Source: an uncultured Gammaproteobacteria bacterium
Lineage (GTDB): Bacteria > Patescibacteriota > Patescibacteriia > Magasanikbacterales > GCA-002688135
NCBI GenBank assembly: GCA_964536205.1
Contig: CAZHVT010000001.1
Span: forward strand, 5,944 to 69,943
Length of the DNA: 64,000 bases
Direction: 5' to 3'
How positions within the stretch are numbered: position 1 is the first letter of the stretch; every line of letters begins with the position of its first letter. The notes beneath the pieces were generated by a model. It did not search any database and was not told where the DNA came from. It was given only the letters and a program-made list of their open reading frames with translations. Made by a program: the position numbers and the translations under genes. This document shows, in pieces, positions 19,797-30,900 of this stretch.

Positions 19797-22700
19797 TTAA
19801 ATAACTTCCTCCTCCTCAATTATCTCCTCTACGACCTCTTCGACTGGGGTCACCTCTTCTTGTGTTTCTTCTTCTATTATTTCTTCTAGGATCTCTTGAG
19901 CTGTTTGTTCTTCTGCTTCTTCTGCTTCTTCGATTACTTCCTCAAAAACTTCTTCTACTACCTCTTCTTCGGCGGTTTCTTCATTTTCCTCTAAAGATGA
20001 AACAGGATTTGTTTCTTCTTCCTGTTCGATTATTTCCTCTTCAATCACCGCTTCTTCAACATCTACAACTGTTTCCTCTACAACTTCTTCAGTAACATCC
20101 TCAATTACCTCTTCTTGTGCTTCTTGCTCTAGCTCCTCAAATGTTGGGATTGGTTCTTCTGAAATGATTTCTTCTGGAGTTTCCGCTGCTTGTGCTGGTT
20201 CGCCAAATGGAATTGGTGGAGCTTGCGCTGCTTCGATTTCTGTTTCAACTCCTTCTTTTTGAACGATCCACCAATCGAGTAATGTGTATTCTGAAACTGG
20301 TGAGGACAGCATGATCGTGAATGATTCTCCTGGAATTTTTTCAGAAATATGGTAGCTTCTTCCTGCAAGATTGGTGAGGAAACTTACGAAAACTTTTGAA
20401 TTATCCTGAATTGCTGGCGTGATAACTTTCAGCGAATCATTTCCTGTTTCAATCACCCCCTCACCGATCGTTGGGGCATTGAGGTTTTGCTCAACAACGT
20501 ATTCTTCCGATGTAATTCGTTTTACTGAAATCTTACCATCTTGATCAATCGCCCATGTTCCTCGAGTTGAAGTAATTGCTGTTGCCAACATATCAGAGCT
20601 ACTTGGTGACGATAAACTTCCATCTGAATTTTCTCCAATTGAAAGTGTTGTGCTTGATGTCATCATGCCGGCTCGAACCAATGTTTTGATATTTCCCATT
20701 CCTTCATCATGACTTTCCAGAGCTGTTGCAACAACAATTGCGTTGATTCCTATTGCAAGACTTGAATCGTATTTCATGAGATATCCTGGTTCTGATGCGG
20801 TCACCAACATATCTCCAACCTTAATTGCACCATTTTCATCTGATACATTTGTGTTTACCAGTCCGGCCAATGCGAGCGCTGCGCGATTCTCACCGCGAGC
20901 CCCCATCACAAAGGCAGCAGTGTTTGAAATGATACCTGCTGCAGATGATGAATATGCTTCATCAACTTTTTTGAATTTTCCTTCATGTTCTGGGTCTGGC
21001 ATTACTACATCTCCAGACTCTACAAATTGTCCAGGCGCAAGATCAACATACTCAGCAAGATCACCAATTCCGAAGTCTGTTGAGTTTGCTATGAAACTGT
21101 TTTTTGCGTATACATTTCCGCCTGCACCGACATGGAATTTCGGTGTTCCTCCATTTGAAACTGTGAGTAATGTTCGATCGAGTGCATCTGTCGATGATGT
21201 GATGGAATTTTCCGTGTCAAAGTGAAATGCTGTTGCACCTTCAGCATCTTGAATCCCAGAGAAAAATGTTGTTGTTGTGAAATTACCAGATGGATCGATT
21301 GCATAACCGATTTCAAGCAATGTCCTGTTTACGCTTCCGTCTTCTGTGGTTGTACTGAATGATACGAGGTTTCCTTGGTCTATATCTGTTCCAGTAACCG
21401 CAAATCCAAATGCTGAAGTTCCGTCCGAGTTTGTTGGCTGCGATACAAGTGACCCAGCACTTGAAAAGAATATCGCATTCCCCGCCATTGCATCTGTTGT
21501 ATCGACGGTAAGCGTACCATTTACGAATATTCCTCCTGCAACCTGAAGTTTTGCTCCTTCTGCAGTCGTATTAAGTGTTGTTGAGCTAATTCCTACGAAT
21601 CCCCCTCCAGTTGTGTCCGCAATAATAATCGGTGCATTTCCAGTAGATCCATGTCCGATGTGTGCAGTTCCAGATGTGTATAATTCTGTCCATGCATTTC
21701 CTGGTTCACCTAAGTCGCGTGTTCCGTTTGGAATGACATCTGATGTGATAACACCTTGGATGGTGATTCCATCTCCTCCGTCACTTGAGCCAAGTATGAC
21801 TGCACCTTCTGCTGAAAATACTTGATTGTTTGTGACAGTTAATGCGCTGAAATATCCTGGGCCACCAAAGAATGTTCCAGAAGCATAAATGTCATCCAAT
21901 GCATTGTTTACTGCTCCAATATCGTATGTGTTGTGTGTGCCAAGTGATACTTCGGAATTCAGTGTGATTCCAGCATTGAACGTAGAGGTTGCATTTACTG
22001 TGAGTGTGTCTTGAGATGACGCTGTGAATGTATCACCGATGATCATATTTCCTCCAAAATATGATTCGTAACCATCCCCTAATATTAACCCGTAATTCAT
22101 GTATCCACCTCCAAAAATAGTACTGGTTGCAATCGCCACTCCATTTTGAGCACCGTTTTGAATTCTAACTACTGGAAGCCCACTTGCCCCCCCATTGGTA
22201 GCTCCTCCGAGGTGTGCTGCTCCAGATGCATATAACCCTTGAAATGATAATGATTGTGATCCTAAATCTGTCGAGGCTGTTGCTTTAGGAAGAAGGTTCT
22301 GGCCGAATCTTGCTATTCCATTAAATGTAATGTTATCTCCGGATCCATCTCCTAGCGTGACATGACTGTTGAATGAAACTTGGTCTCTTACAGAAGTTGT
22401 TGAGTAGATGAGTAATGAGTCCCCTGCAGAATTGTCACCAATGATTACGCGCTCATCGAATTGTATGTCTGATTCAAATGTAGACGATGAGTGGACTACT
22501 AAATTATTTCCACTATTTGTTCCTATTACCACATCCCCTTCAGCTGTTAATGCTGATTCAAACGATGATGTTGAATGCACTCGTAAACTATTGCTATTGT
22601 TGGTTCCAATATAAAATTCTCCATCAATTCCAGCATTGTTTGCAAAAGTTGTTGATGCGTTTACGGTAACCAAGTCAGTCCCCGCACTTCCGATCGCATC

Positions 22701-24368
22701 TGGAAGCATTGTTGATGCGTACATTGTTCCTGATGTGTATGTGTTCCCATTTCCATCAATTGAGAATTTTTCTTCGCCTTGTTGTCTCACCATCAATAAC
22801 GATCGGTTTTCTGCTACGGTCAAACCTCGTGCTGTATCAAATACAAATGCACCTGCTCCAGCCTGATCCAAAACTTCTGATTTGAATAGAACTTCTGCTG
22901 TATCTGTTCCGTAAATGAATAGTCTCGTTGCATCATCTGAAGACAAAGCTAGAATCGGTGATTTCGATGCATCATCTTCATTATCAATTCGAACAGCTGC
23001 CGTGCTTGATGTATCCGTCAAATTATGCTGACTTGAATTTGATGTTCCTTCCAGCTCGACCCATCCACCTGCAACATACAGATCACTTACTCCAGCACTC
23101 CAACTTCCGGAGATAAACTGTCCTAAACCAGCATCGTCCAACGTCACTCCATCGTCATCCATCCCAATAAACAACGCCTTTCCATTTGACCTTTGATCCA
23201 TAATCACAAGCTGAGATTCCCCCATATTTAAATCTTGTCCATTTTCATCCATTGCATGAATGATAACTGAAGCCTCACGATTATTTCCCAACCCTTGTTT
23301 TGTATTTATTAATAATGCATGGTCATCGTATGCCATGTCTTGGTTCTCGTTAATATACACGTTGTTGAATAGCGATGTATCCCCTGAAATATCGAGTGTC
23401 GAACTTCCATAAAATGCTCCGCCAGAATCTACCCAAGCTAGCAAACTTGAGGAGGCGGAATTTACCCATTGTGTGAGATGTCCGGAAGTTCCTGTTGCGT
23501 GAATTGAGAGTGCTGGCTGTCCGGAGTCCGGGACGATGGTGAGTTTACCGACTGCTGTTGATGTACCAAATGCAAGATCGTCTGATGTGTCATCGAGTGT
23601 GATCGTTCCTCCGTTATCTGTAATTCCTCCTCCGCCACATCCTGTACATGTTCCGGAAACCGTGAGGTCTCCTGTGTACATTGTTCCAGATGCAAAAACA
23701 TCTCCATCTTCATCAACGCGGAATTTTTCTGTGCCCCCAACCGCAAGACCCAGCAGTGTGTAGTCTGCTGTTGCTGATGCTGGGTTGATGTAGAGCACAC
23801 CGCCAGCTACTTCAGTGCTTGTTGGCGTTCCGGTAAAAACGAAATCTCCATTGCTTAATGCTGCTGGAATGTATGCTCCTGTTCCGCCGGCTGTGGATGT
23901 TGCAAGTCCAGAGAGATAGAGTGCGTTGTATGCGAAACCGACGTTGTTTAATTGTTTGCGTGGCGTCATTTCTGAATCTGATGCAACGGTGACGCCGAGA
24001 AAAAGATTGTTTGATTGGAAAATTGTTGGATCGATGGTATTTGTATCTGATCCATCTCCTAAGTTTACAGAGAAAATTCCGCCGGTTACCGTGACGGTAA
24101 CTGCAGTTGGCGTTCCACATGTTCCTGATGCAGTGTATTGACATGATCCGCCAGTTGATGCGTCGTAGATTGAAAATTTGATACTATAATCACCATCTGA
24201 AACCGTAGTTCCTGTGCTATCGGAGAGTTTTCCTTGATATGTGATGATGCCGTCAAATGCGTGAGCTGGTGTTGCGAAAAAGATTATTGAGATGCTTACC
24301 ATGACAAAAACCATCACAGTAAATGTGATCTTAAAAAACCATTCAGTACGTGACAAGAATGGGGGCAT
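19797..24368 (-). CDS. giant secreted fibre-like surface protein (1523 aa)
   Basis: signal peptide (PAHA), YQGKL..G.YS..F.IY N-domain, G/S/T-rich beta repeats, DLAEY..GDVV..AGIIS..LAG..ENGAI..GDML domain, Glu-rich tail. Confidence 0.85.
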   Translation of the reverse strand: MPPFLSRTEWFFKITFTVMVFVMVSISIIFFATPAHAFDGIITYQGKLSDSTGTTVSDGDYSIKFSIYDASTGGSCQYTASGTCGTPTAVTVTVTGGIFSVNLGDGSDTNTIDPTIFQSNNLFLGVTVASDSEMTPRKQLNNVGFAYNALYLSGLATSTAGGTGAYIPAALSNGDFVFTGTPTSTEVAGGVLYINPASATADYTLLGLAVGGTEKFRVDEDGDVFASGTMYTGDLTVSGTCTGCGGGGITDNGGTITLDDTSDDLAFGTSTAVGKLTIVPDSGQPALSIHATGTSGHLTQWVNSASSSLLAWVDSGGAFYGSSTLDISGDTSLFNNVYINENQDMAYDDHALLINTKQGLGNNREASVIIHAMDENGQDLNMGESQLVIMDQRSNGKALFIGMDDDGVTLDDAGLGQFISGSWSAGVSDLYVAGGWVELEGTSNSSQHNLTDTSSTAAVRIDNEDDASKSPILALSSDDATRLFIYGTDTAEVLFKSEVLDQAGAGAFVFDTARGLTVAENRSLLMVRQQGEEKFSIDGNGNTYTSGTMYASTMLPDAIGSAGTDLVTVNASTTFANNAGIDGEFYIGTNNSNSLRVHSTSSFESALTAEGDVVIGTNSGNNLVVHSSSTFESDIQFDERVIIGDNSAGDSLLIYSTTSVRDQVSFNSHVTLGDGSGDNITFNGIARFGQNLLPKATASTDLGSQSLSFQGLYASGAAHLGGATNGGASGLPVVRIQNGAQNGVAIATSTIFGGGYMNYGLILGDGYESYFGGNMIIGDTFTASSQDTLTVNATSTFNAGITLNSEVSLGTHNTYDIGAVNNALDDIYASGTFFGGPGYFSALTVTNNQVFSAEGAVILGSSDGGDGITIQGVITSDVIPNGTRDLGEPGNAWTELYTSGTAHIGHGSTGNAPIIIADTTGGGFVGISSTTLNTTAEGAKLQVAGGIFVNGTLTVDTTDAMAGNAIFFSSAGSLVSQPTNSDGTSAFGFAVTGTDIDQGNLVSFSTTTEDGSVNRTLLEIGYAIDPSGNFTTTTFFSGIQDAEGATAFHFDTENSITSSTDALDRTLLTVSNGGTPKFHVGAGGNVYAKNSFIANSTDFGIGDLAEYVDLAPGQFVESGDVVMPDPEHEGKFKKVDEAYSSSAAGIISNTAAFVMGARGENRAALALAGLVNTNVSDENGAIKVGDMLVTASEPGYLMKYDSSLAIGINAIVVATALESHDEGMGNIKTLVRAGMMTSSTTLSIGENSDGSLSSPSSSDMLATAITSTRGTWAIDQDGKISVKRITSEEYVVEQNLNAPTIGEGVIETGNDSLKVITPAIQDNSKVFVSFLTNLAGRSYHISEKIPGESFTIMLSSPVSEYTLLDWWIVQKEGVETEIEAAQAPPIPFGEPAQAAETPEEIISEEPIPTFEELEQEAQEEVIEDVTEEVVEETVVDVEEAVIEEEIIEQEEETNPVSSLEENEETAEEEVVEEVFEEVIEEAEEAEEQTAQEILEEIIEEETQEEVTPVEEVVEEIIEEEEVI

Positions 24369-24572
24369 AATCTCCTTCGCGGAATATTATTTCCGGTTAC
24401 TTATTATACCATGAAAAGATATATTTTTTTATACTTTTTATGATGATTTCTGTGTATAAATTCTACATAAACTTTTTCTAAATTTAGGATGAAATAAATA
24501 TTTTAACTTGGAAAGAAAAAAACGGCCCTGGCCGTTTTTCTCATAGAACACTGAACTTAGAACTTGAAACAT

Positions 24573-27500
24573 TTAAGAGCCTTTTCCCTCACCAAAATAT
24601 CCTCCAGATTTTGGTAATGGTGGTAGTTTTGGAGGTGAGTCCGTATCACTCTCGCTTTCAGGTGTTTTTTCAGTGGGTTTTTTACCTTCATGAAATAGAT
24701 CCTTTGGTTCATTTGGATTTGTTGGTGTTTTGTCTGTTTCTGGAGTTGTTTTTTTCTCTGAAGGTAACGCTGTTGGAGTTGATCCCGAATCTGGGTGTTT
24801 TTGGGTGGTTTGTGCTTCTTCGAGCTGCTTATCCTGTTGTTGTGTGCTTTGTTCTTGTGTTTTTTGTTCCTGGCCTTCGCCGCGCTCTAACATTACTTTT
24901 TCACCAATAATTGTGGCTTCTTTTTTGTCTGATAAATCGAATACCTCACTCTTTTTCTTAATGAATCCCTTCTTTTCGTAGGTGACGTAGTATGTGCGTT
25001 GTGATGCGAGAAAGGCATATCTGCCGCGTGCATCAGTAAGTTGTGTATCCAACAGCTTGTTGTATTCTGTGTCGAAAATACGTGCAACTGTGTATCGCAA
25101 CGGTTTTCGTACAAATGCATCGAATACAATTCCCCATTCTTTTGGTTTCTTTGGATATGCAAGACGTCTTATGAGGAAGAATAATGCGATGTGAGCGAAT
25201 AGAATGAATATTGTTTTTGCGGTTGGAACAATGATTACCGAAACGAGCGCTAATACAATTCCCAACATTGAGATCCCAACTTGTACTTTTCGACCGATCG
25301 CCTTGAATATCAATTTCTTGATTGAAACATTGTCTGCCTTAGCTGGATCCAGAGGAATGTTTGGTGCGATGCGATGTGCTTCATTTTCAACGACGATTTC
25401 TTCGTTATGATAAAGTTCTGCGTATCGCCCATCAAGTTGTGTATCTTTGACGTATGTTGATGGGAAGGTGAATTTGTTTTTTGATGCTTCAAGTCTGTAT
25501 CTTCCTTGATCTACGAAGAATGCATATCGTCCGAGTTTGTCTGTGATTTTTGTTCTGATGATTCGCCCGGAATTTACATCGATCAGTCGAACATATGCGA
25601 GATCAACAGGATTTTTTGTGAGTGAGTTATATACCACTCCCCAACCCTTTCTTTTGCGTCGACTGAATAGCAAGAGTGGTTGTGTGAACATGAATTGAAG
25701 ATAGTGCAGCATCGAAGGCAAACCTGTTGCCGCGACAGTGTTTACTGCGATAGCTGTTGCAACAGTTGGAGCAACTGTTTGCTCCGTCGCATCCTCAACC
25801 TCTGGATTTTGTACGAATTTGATTGTTTCACGCACAGCAATTTTTGATCCATATGCAACTTTTTCTCCAACGTTTTCAGTGACATTTAATATGTTTTCGA
25901 GAACTGGAGCGTCGGGATCTATTACATCTGCGATTTTTTTCGGTATGCGAAATAGATCGAACGATCGATTTATGATGTTGTTTTCTATATCGAATGTTAC
26001 TGTTTCAGTTCGATGTCCTGGCTCACTTACTTCAATTTTGTATCGTCCATTTGGAATCATAAATCCGAACAGTCCATTTCCTGAAGTTGTGGTTGGATTT
26101 GTTTGACCATACGGCGATACATCAATATTGTTTCCATCTACGTCTGTGAGTTTGATTGAAGCTCCTGGAAGTGCAGTGAGTGTGCCGTCAGTTTTTGATG
26201 ATACTAACCCATACAGCGCCCCGCCGATTGTAAATGATGTTGTGTCTTCACTTCCGTCAGAGTATGCCACTCGCACAAATGATGATTCTTGGCCGGCTTT
26301 TTTCATCAGTGTTGCGTGATAGGATTTGTCACTTTCTTTGAGTGAGAATGTTTGTTCTCCGGTTACTAATGTGACTGATTGTACTTCTTTTTCAGCTTGT
26401 AGATTCTTTTTAGGTACGACTACACTTAGATCAAATCCTGTCAGAACTGTGACGGTATTTTTTATTGGCTTGAGTGTAATCGAGTATGAAGCGGTTGCAA
26501 ATGCAAGATCATTGATGTCGAAAACATCTTCTGGTGCGCTGCCAAATCCTATTAATCCCAGCGCTGTGTCAGCTATCCCCTTTTCTTCTTCTCCTTTTGG
26601 AATATCTGCAGCCTCATCAGCTCCTGCATCCTCACCATCACCACCTTGCGGTGGTTTGAATGGAATTTCGTCAGGAATTCCCGGCTCTTCTCCGTCGGTT
26701 TCTGGAAAGGCATCTTCATCGCACGCATCTCCAATTCCATTTGCATCTTTGTCGATTTGATCAGGATTGTGAACATCTGGGCAGTTATCCTCGTCATTTG
26801 GAAATCCATCGTTGTCTTTATCTGCGGCTACTGGCTCATCTTCCGGTTTTGGTTCAATCAAATCTCCTTGTGCGAGCGCGCCTGATGAAACATTTCCAGA
26901 TGTGTCTTTTGTGAATGCAACGAAATACACTTGTTTTGGAAATGATGCTTCTTTTGGAACTGAAATTATGATTGATGTTGTTTCTGCTGTTGTGGTTACG
27001 AGTGATAATCCGTCAGTTATACTTGTTGGTTTTGTATCTAAATTGTATCGAATAACTGTGCTTTCAAAATCTGGAACTGGTGGATTTTTCCATTTGAGAA
27101 TTGCGAGCCATGAGTAGTTGTTTTCTCCGATTGGTTCTGGAATTAAGTTTGCCTGAAAATCGATGACGTTTGGTGGTGACACTTCGTCAGTTAGTGTGTT
27201 AAATGTTTTTATTTCGAGTGTTCCATTTGATTGCGCATCAGCCACAAATACATTCACCTCTTGTGATGCATTTGAAATCAAATTCACAAATGTTGCGGTG
27301 TGTGTTGTGCTAAATCCTTCTGGTGCTTTTGTTTGTGGCTCAACCGTTTCGTGTTCTTGGTCAATTATTTGGATGACACTTGTGGTTGGCTCGTTCGTTG
27401 TTACCGTAATTGTTGCTGTGGTTTGGGTGATGTTTGTGATTTCAAATGATAGGATTTGTGGTGCAGTTGTGTCTGGAGTTTGGAATGATCCGACATCACT

Positions 27501-28604
27501 TGTTGTTGTTCCATAAGCACCCTCGGCTTTGACTATGTAAAAGTAGGTTGTGTCTGATAACAATTCTGAAATTGGAATTGCATGATTTGTTTCGTCTTGA
27601 GGATTTATGAGGATGATATCAAACGGCCCTTCGATGGATGTCGAGAGACTCACGTTTGATGCAACTGCTTCGCTTGTTTGCCAACTTAAAATTCCACTTG
27701 TGTCGCTGACTGATTGATATGAGATGCCGCTTATAGTTGGTGGTACACCTGTTGTGGTTGCTGATGTTTCGACTTCTTCAGATTCTTGATCTGTGGCGGA
27801 TGTGAGTCTTATAAAATATTCTGTGAGTGGTTCGAGTTGTGTGATTCCTACACTGTGTTGCGTGCTTAATTCTGCTGTATATGATTGTCCAATTTCATAT
27901 GCCGCGGTTTTTCCAAGTTCGAGTTTTGTGTCTGCGTCTTTATTTGTTACCCACGTTACAGTGATTTTGCCGGCTGTATCTGCATCTACTTGCACATCTG
28001 TTATTTCAAGTGCGACAAAATCTGCGGCTGGTGTAGTGATAACCACCTCTTCTTGCACAGCTAATTCTGTGTCTGTTGCTGATGAGATTTTTCCAAAATA
28101 CGTGATTTCAGGATTCAGACCTGTTAGCACCATTGTGTGATTACTCAATTCATTTGGGTCGTACGTGGATCCGAGTTCGTAGTTTAATGTTGTCCCCCAT
28201 TCCACTTGAGAATCTGCTGCATGATTCGTGGTCCATGTGATTTTCATGGATGTTCCTGATATCGGAGTTACTACCACATTTGAGATTGCGAGTGATGCTG
28301 GTGGATCTGGATCTAATGGGTCAACTGGAGGATCTGCTGGAGGATCTGGCTGACTAGGAGCTCCCCCGCCGCCTCCGGACGGAACAGTTGCCTCAATAAT
28401 CACATTTCCGGTACTTGTTGATATGATTTGAGAATGCGCGTCCTGTACTCCGGTTTGCATCAATCCAAAAGCTCCGAGCGCGAGCGCGGTGATTGCAATA
28501 TATATGTGTATGCTTTTTTGTAGGCGCTTAATCATATTGATTATCGTCATTTTTTTCGTTTTTGTATTATCATCCAGCCGAATAATGGCAAGAAAAAGAT
28601 CCAC
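24573..28604 (-). CDS. large membrane-anchored surface protein (FN3-like repeats, TSP3 repeat, carboxypeptidase-regulatory-like domains)
   Basis: repeated ITWTTN..S.V..G...H...L..L...T.Y modules, DKDNDG..DNCP...NPDQ.D.D.NGIGDACD, TD..GRYAF domains, C-terminal TM helices; true start likely near 28549. Confidence 0.85.
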   Translation of the reverse strand: MDLFLAIIRLDDNTKTKKMTIINMIKRLQKSIHIYIAITALALGAFGLMQTGVQDAHSQIISTSTGNVIIEATVPSGGGGGAPSQPDPPADPPVDPLDPDPPASLAISNVVVTPISGTSMKITWTTNHAADSQVEWGTTLNYELGSTYDPNELSNHTMVLTGLNPEITYFGKISSATDTELAVQEEVVITTPAADFVALEITDVQVDADTAGKITVTWVTNKDADTKLELGKTAAYEIGQSYTAELSTQHSVGITQLEPLTEYFIRLTSATDQESEEVETSATTTGVPPTISGISYQSVSDTSGILSWQTSEAVASNVSLSTSIEGPFDIILINPQDETNHAIPISELLSDTTYFYIVKAEGAYGTTTSDVGSFQTPDTTAPQILSFEITNITQTTATITVTTNEPTTSVIQIIDQEHETVEPQTKAPEGFSTTHTATFVNLISNASQEVNVFVADAQSNGTLEIKTFNTLTDEVSPPNVIDFQANLIPEPIGENNYSWLAILKWKNPPVPDFESTVIRYNLDTKPTSITDGLSLVTTTAETTSIIISVPKEASFPKQVYFVAFTKDTSGNVSSGALAQGDLIEPKPEDEPVAADKDNDGFPNDEDNCPDVHNPDQIDKDANGIGDACDEDAFPETDGEEPGIPDEIPFKPPQGGDGEDAGADEAADIPKGEEEKGIADTALGLIGFGSAPEDVFDINDLAFATASYSITLKPIKNTVTVLTGFDLSVVVPKKNLQAEKEVQSVTLVTGEQTFSLKESDKSYHATLMKKAGQESSFVRVAYSDGSEDTTSFTIGGALYGLVSSKTDGTLTALPGASIKLTDVDGNNIDVSPYGQTNPTTTSGNGLFGFMIPNGRYKIEVSEPGHRTETVTFDIENNIINRSFDLFRIPKKIADVIDPDAPVLENILNVTENVGEKVAYGSKIAVRETIKFVQNPEVEDATEQTVAPTVATAIAVNTVAATGLPSMLHYLQFMFTQPLLLFSRRKRKGWGVVYNSLTKNPVDLAYVRLIDVNSGRIIRTKITDKLGRYAFFVDQGRYRLEASKNKFTFPSTYVKDTQLDGRYAELYHNEEIVVENEAHRIAPNIPLDPAKADNVSIKKLIFKAIGRKVQVGISMLGIVLALVSVIIVPTAKTIFILFAHIALFFLIRRLAYPKKPKEWGIVFDAFVRKPLRYTVARIFDTEYNKLLDTQLTDARGRYAFLASQRTYYVTYEKKGFIKKKSEVFDLSDKKEATIIGEKVMLERGEGQEQKTQEQSTQQQDKQLEEAQTTQKHPDSGSTPTALPSEKKTTPETDKTPTNPNEPKDLFHEGKKPTEKTPESESDTDSPPKLPPLPKSGGYFGEGKGS

Positions 28605-29452
28605 AATAATGGCGTGTAGATTATGAAACGTGATGTTAGTACCTCTCCCTGATAACCATTAAGTTGTAATTCGGCTTCGTACAATCCAATGCTTAGTGGG
28701 CTGAGCGCGTCATACCATTTGTTGTTTGCGTTCCAATATTGTCTGATTGTGCGTTGTGAATTTGGTAGGATTTTGTGAAAATCTTCGTTTATGGTTACGA
28801 AGTCTTGTGCCCCGGTAAATATATTTGTGACACTAATAATTCCTTGTGGTGTTGTATGAATTGAGCCTGTGTTTTCTAACATGAAAGATAGTTCAACTGG
28901 AAATCCTATAATTGTTTTGGGGGTTGCTGTGAACTCTTTAATTTCTTTTGTGATTTTCATGTCTCCCTCAACTGTGATGAAATGCAGAATTCCAACTTCA
29001 TTTGCGCTTGCGATGATTGCGTTTTCCGGAGGTCGTGTTCGTGCAAAAACTGCTGCGTAATATCCTCCTGGGTTTGCATCTGGCGGAACTGTTATGGTGA
29101 TGGGAATTTTTTTTGTTTCTTGTGGTTCAAGTGATATTTCTTGTTGTGGTACTTGAAACCATCTTACTGGCAAAGTCTCACTATCATCTGTAAATTCTGG
29201 CACACCTTCTGTTTCTCCTGCTGTGAATGCACGGACTTTAAAACTTACGAGTTCGATGAATGACGATTGATTGCTCACTTCTACTTCGAATTCGTGCCTT
29301 ACTCCTGCTTCTCCGATTACTTCTTTGGTGAATGGGCGTACACCGAGCGCGTCAGCTTTTGTTGGGATTATTACTGCTGTAAAACCTAATATCAATGCCA
29401 TCAATACTAAGATTGAGTGCCTATTTGTGTGAGTTTTTCTTAAAGTAAGCAT
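28547..29452 (-). CDS. DUF916/WxL-interacting-like exported protein with C-terminal TM
   Basis: signal peptide, ITVPPDANPGGYYAAV, ENTGSIH..P.G. Confidence 0.7.
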   Translation of the reverse strand: MLTLRKTHTNRHSILVLMALILGFTAVIIPTKADALGVRPFTKEVIGEAGVRHEFEVEVSNQSSFIELVSFKVRAFTAGETEGVPEFTDDSETLPVRWFQVPQQEISLEPQETKKIPITITVPPDANPGGYYAAVFARTRPPENAIIASANEVGILHFITVEGDMKITKEIKEFTATPKTIIGFPVELSFMLENTGSIHTTPQGIISVTNIFTGAQDFVTINEDFHKILPNSQRTIRQYWNANNKWYDALSPLSIGLYEAELQLNGYQGEVLTSRFIIYTPLLWIFFLPLFGWMIIQKRKK

Positions 29453-29458
29453 GTATTA

Positions 29459-30106
29459 CTAGAAATTTGCGACTGTTGAAAATGTGACTGTGTGTGCATA
29501 TGATCCGGGTTCTGTATTGTCTGATATTGCTGCTTTGAAATATACGGTCGTTTCGTCTGATGTTACCGCACTACTTGAGCTAATGATTGATAGCAATGCT
29601 GAAGTTATTCCGATATCACGTGTGTTATATAGTCCAGATGTTCCGTCAGTTTGAAAACCATATTCTTCCGTTCCTGCAGTTACAACGAAATCTGAAACAT
29701 CATCAATATCATAATCTCCACTTCTTAAGTTTCCGTCTTCACTCATTTTTACCGAGTAACCTGACATTGCATCTGTTGTAACGGTTATTAATAATCGAGC
29801 CTGCTCTATAGAAGAATCTGAAAGCTGACCGAGATCAAGCGAGCCTGTCGATAATGATGCGGTTAAAACTCCGTCCTGAAGTGCTCCGATCAGTCCGTCG
29901 ATAACTTGATAATTTGTACTGGTTGCTGTCTCGCCGCCAAACTCCCCTATTGTGTCTTTGAGTGTATAATTTGTTGATGTTGAAAGACCTCCAGATCCGA
30001 ATGAATCGAGCTGAATATGATAATTTGTTGAGGACATTGTTTCCGCCCACACAGCATATGGCATGAGCACTAACACGATTATTATTGCGGCGATTTTAGA
30101 TTTCAT
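29459..30106 (-). CDS. secreted WxL-like beta protein
   Basis: signal peptide, STNY repeats, C-terminal PGSY...VTFSTVANF. Confidence 0.65.
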   Translation of the reverse strand: MKSKIAAIIIVLVLMPYAVWAETMSSTNYHIQLDSFGSGGLSTSTNYTLKDTIGEFGGETATSTNYQVIDGLIGALQDGVLTASLSTGSLDLGQLSDSSIEQARLLITVTTDAMSGYSVKMSEDGNLRSGDYDIDDVSDFVVTAGTEEYGFQTDGTSGLYNTRDIGITSALLSIISSSSAVTSDETTVYFKAAISDNTEPGSYAHTVTFSTVANF

Positions 30107-30116
30107 ATCGACTGAA

Positions 30117-30899
30117 TTATAGCACGAAATTTGCGCGTGGATCTGATTGGGATGAATCCCATAAAACGTTCCATAATGACTTGAGTTGGCCGACCACCAT
30201 CATGTCCGTCATATATGTTATATGATATTTTCCTGCTTTTCGGTAGAGATAAATTACCGTGGATCCGAGGATGATGCTGTTTGTTGGGAATAATTCTGGT
30301 CCGGACCATTTTCTTACGTGGAGTGGGGGCTGATGAACTGTTACGTCATGTTGATTTATTTCTTTTGAAAACGAGAGGATGTGGATTGGTACATCTATGT
30401 TGTGTGTGAATGCGAGGTCTTGGAGTATTTCCAGAAATGGGATTGTTGTTCTTTTGTCAGCGTATGCCCAGCCTTTGAGAGATGCAAGTGAATCGATTTT
30501 TACGAGAGAATCGAATTTTTCTGATATGTGCGAGACTGCTAGTTCGAGTGATTCGAATTGGTGTCGGGCTGCATATTCATAATCATCTTCAGCTTGAAGC
30601 TGCTCGATTACTCTTTGGGTGGCTTTTTTCTTTTCTTTTACTTGGGCTGCTTCTTTTTGGATTATGGATTCGAGGACATGTGGCGACTGTGGTGTGAATG
30701 ATGTTCCGGCCGTATTTGTCATTATTGAAATGAGTCCTTTTTTGGACAGTTCTTTAGTGGCGCTGTATACGGTGGTTCGATTTATCCCTGTTGCTGATGA
30801 TATGTCTTTTGGAGATGCTGTACCTGAATCGAGCAGCCATACGTATATGGCTGCTTCTGTTTTTGTGAGTCCTACTGTTACTAGGTCTTGTTCCAACAT
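30117..30899 (-). CDS. TrmB-family transcriptional regulator
   Basis: GLTKTEAAIYVWLL..G...I...TGINRTTVY...L..KGLI winged HTH. Confidence 0.85.
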   Translation of the reverse strand: MLEQDLVTVGLTKTEAAIYVWLLDSGTASPKDISSATGINRTTVYSATKELSKKGLISIMTNTAGTSFTPQSPHVLESIIQKEAAQVKEKKKATQRVIEQLQAEDDYEYAARHQFESLELAVSHISEKFDSLVKIDSLASLKGWAYADKRTTIPFLEILQDLAFTHNIDVPIHILSFSKEINQHDVTVHQPPLHVRKWSGPELFPTNSIILGSTVIYLYRKAGKYHITYMTDMMVVGQLKSLWNVLWDSSQSDPRANFVL

Positions 30900-30900
30900 G

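Noticed and set aside
16489-28140. Numerous antisense and alternate-frame ORFs in the ORF track
   Set aside because: They are shadows of well-supported genes on the opposite strand or in another frame
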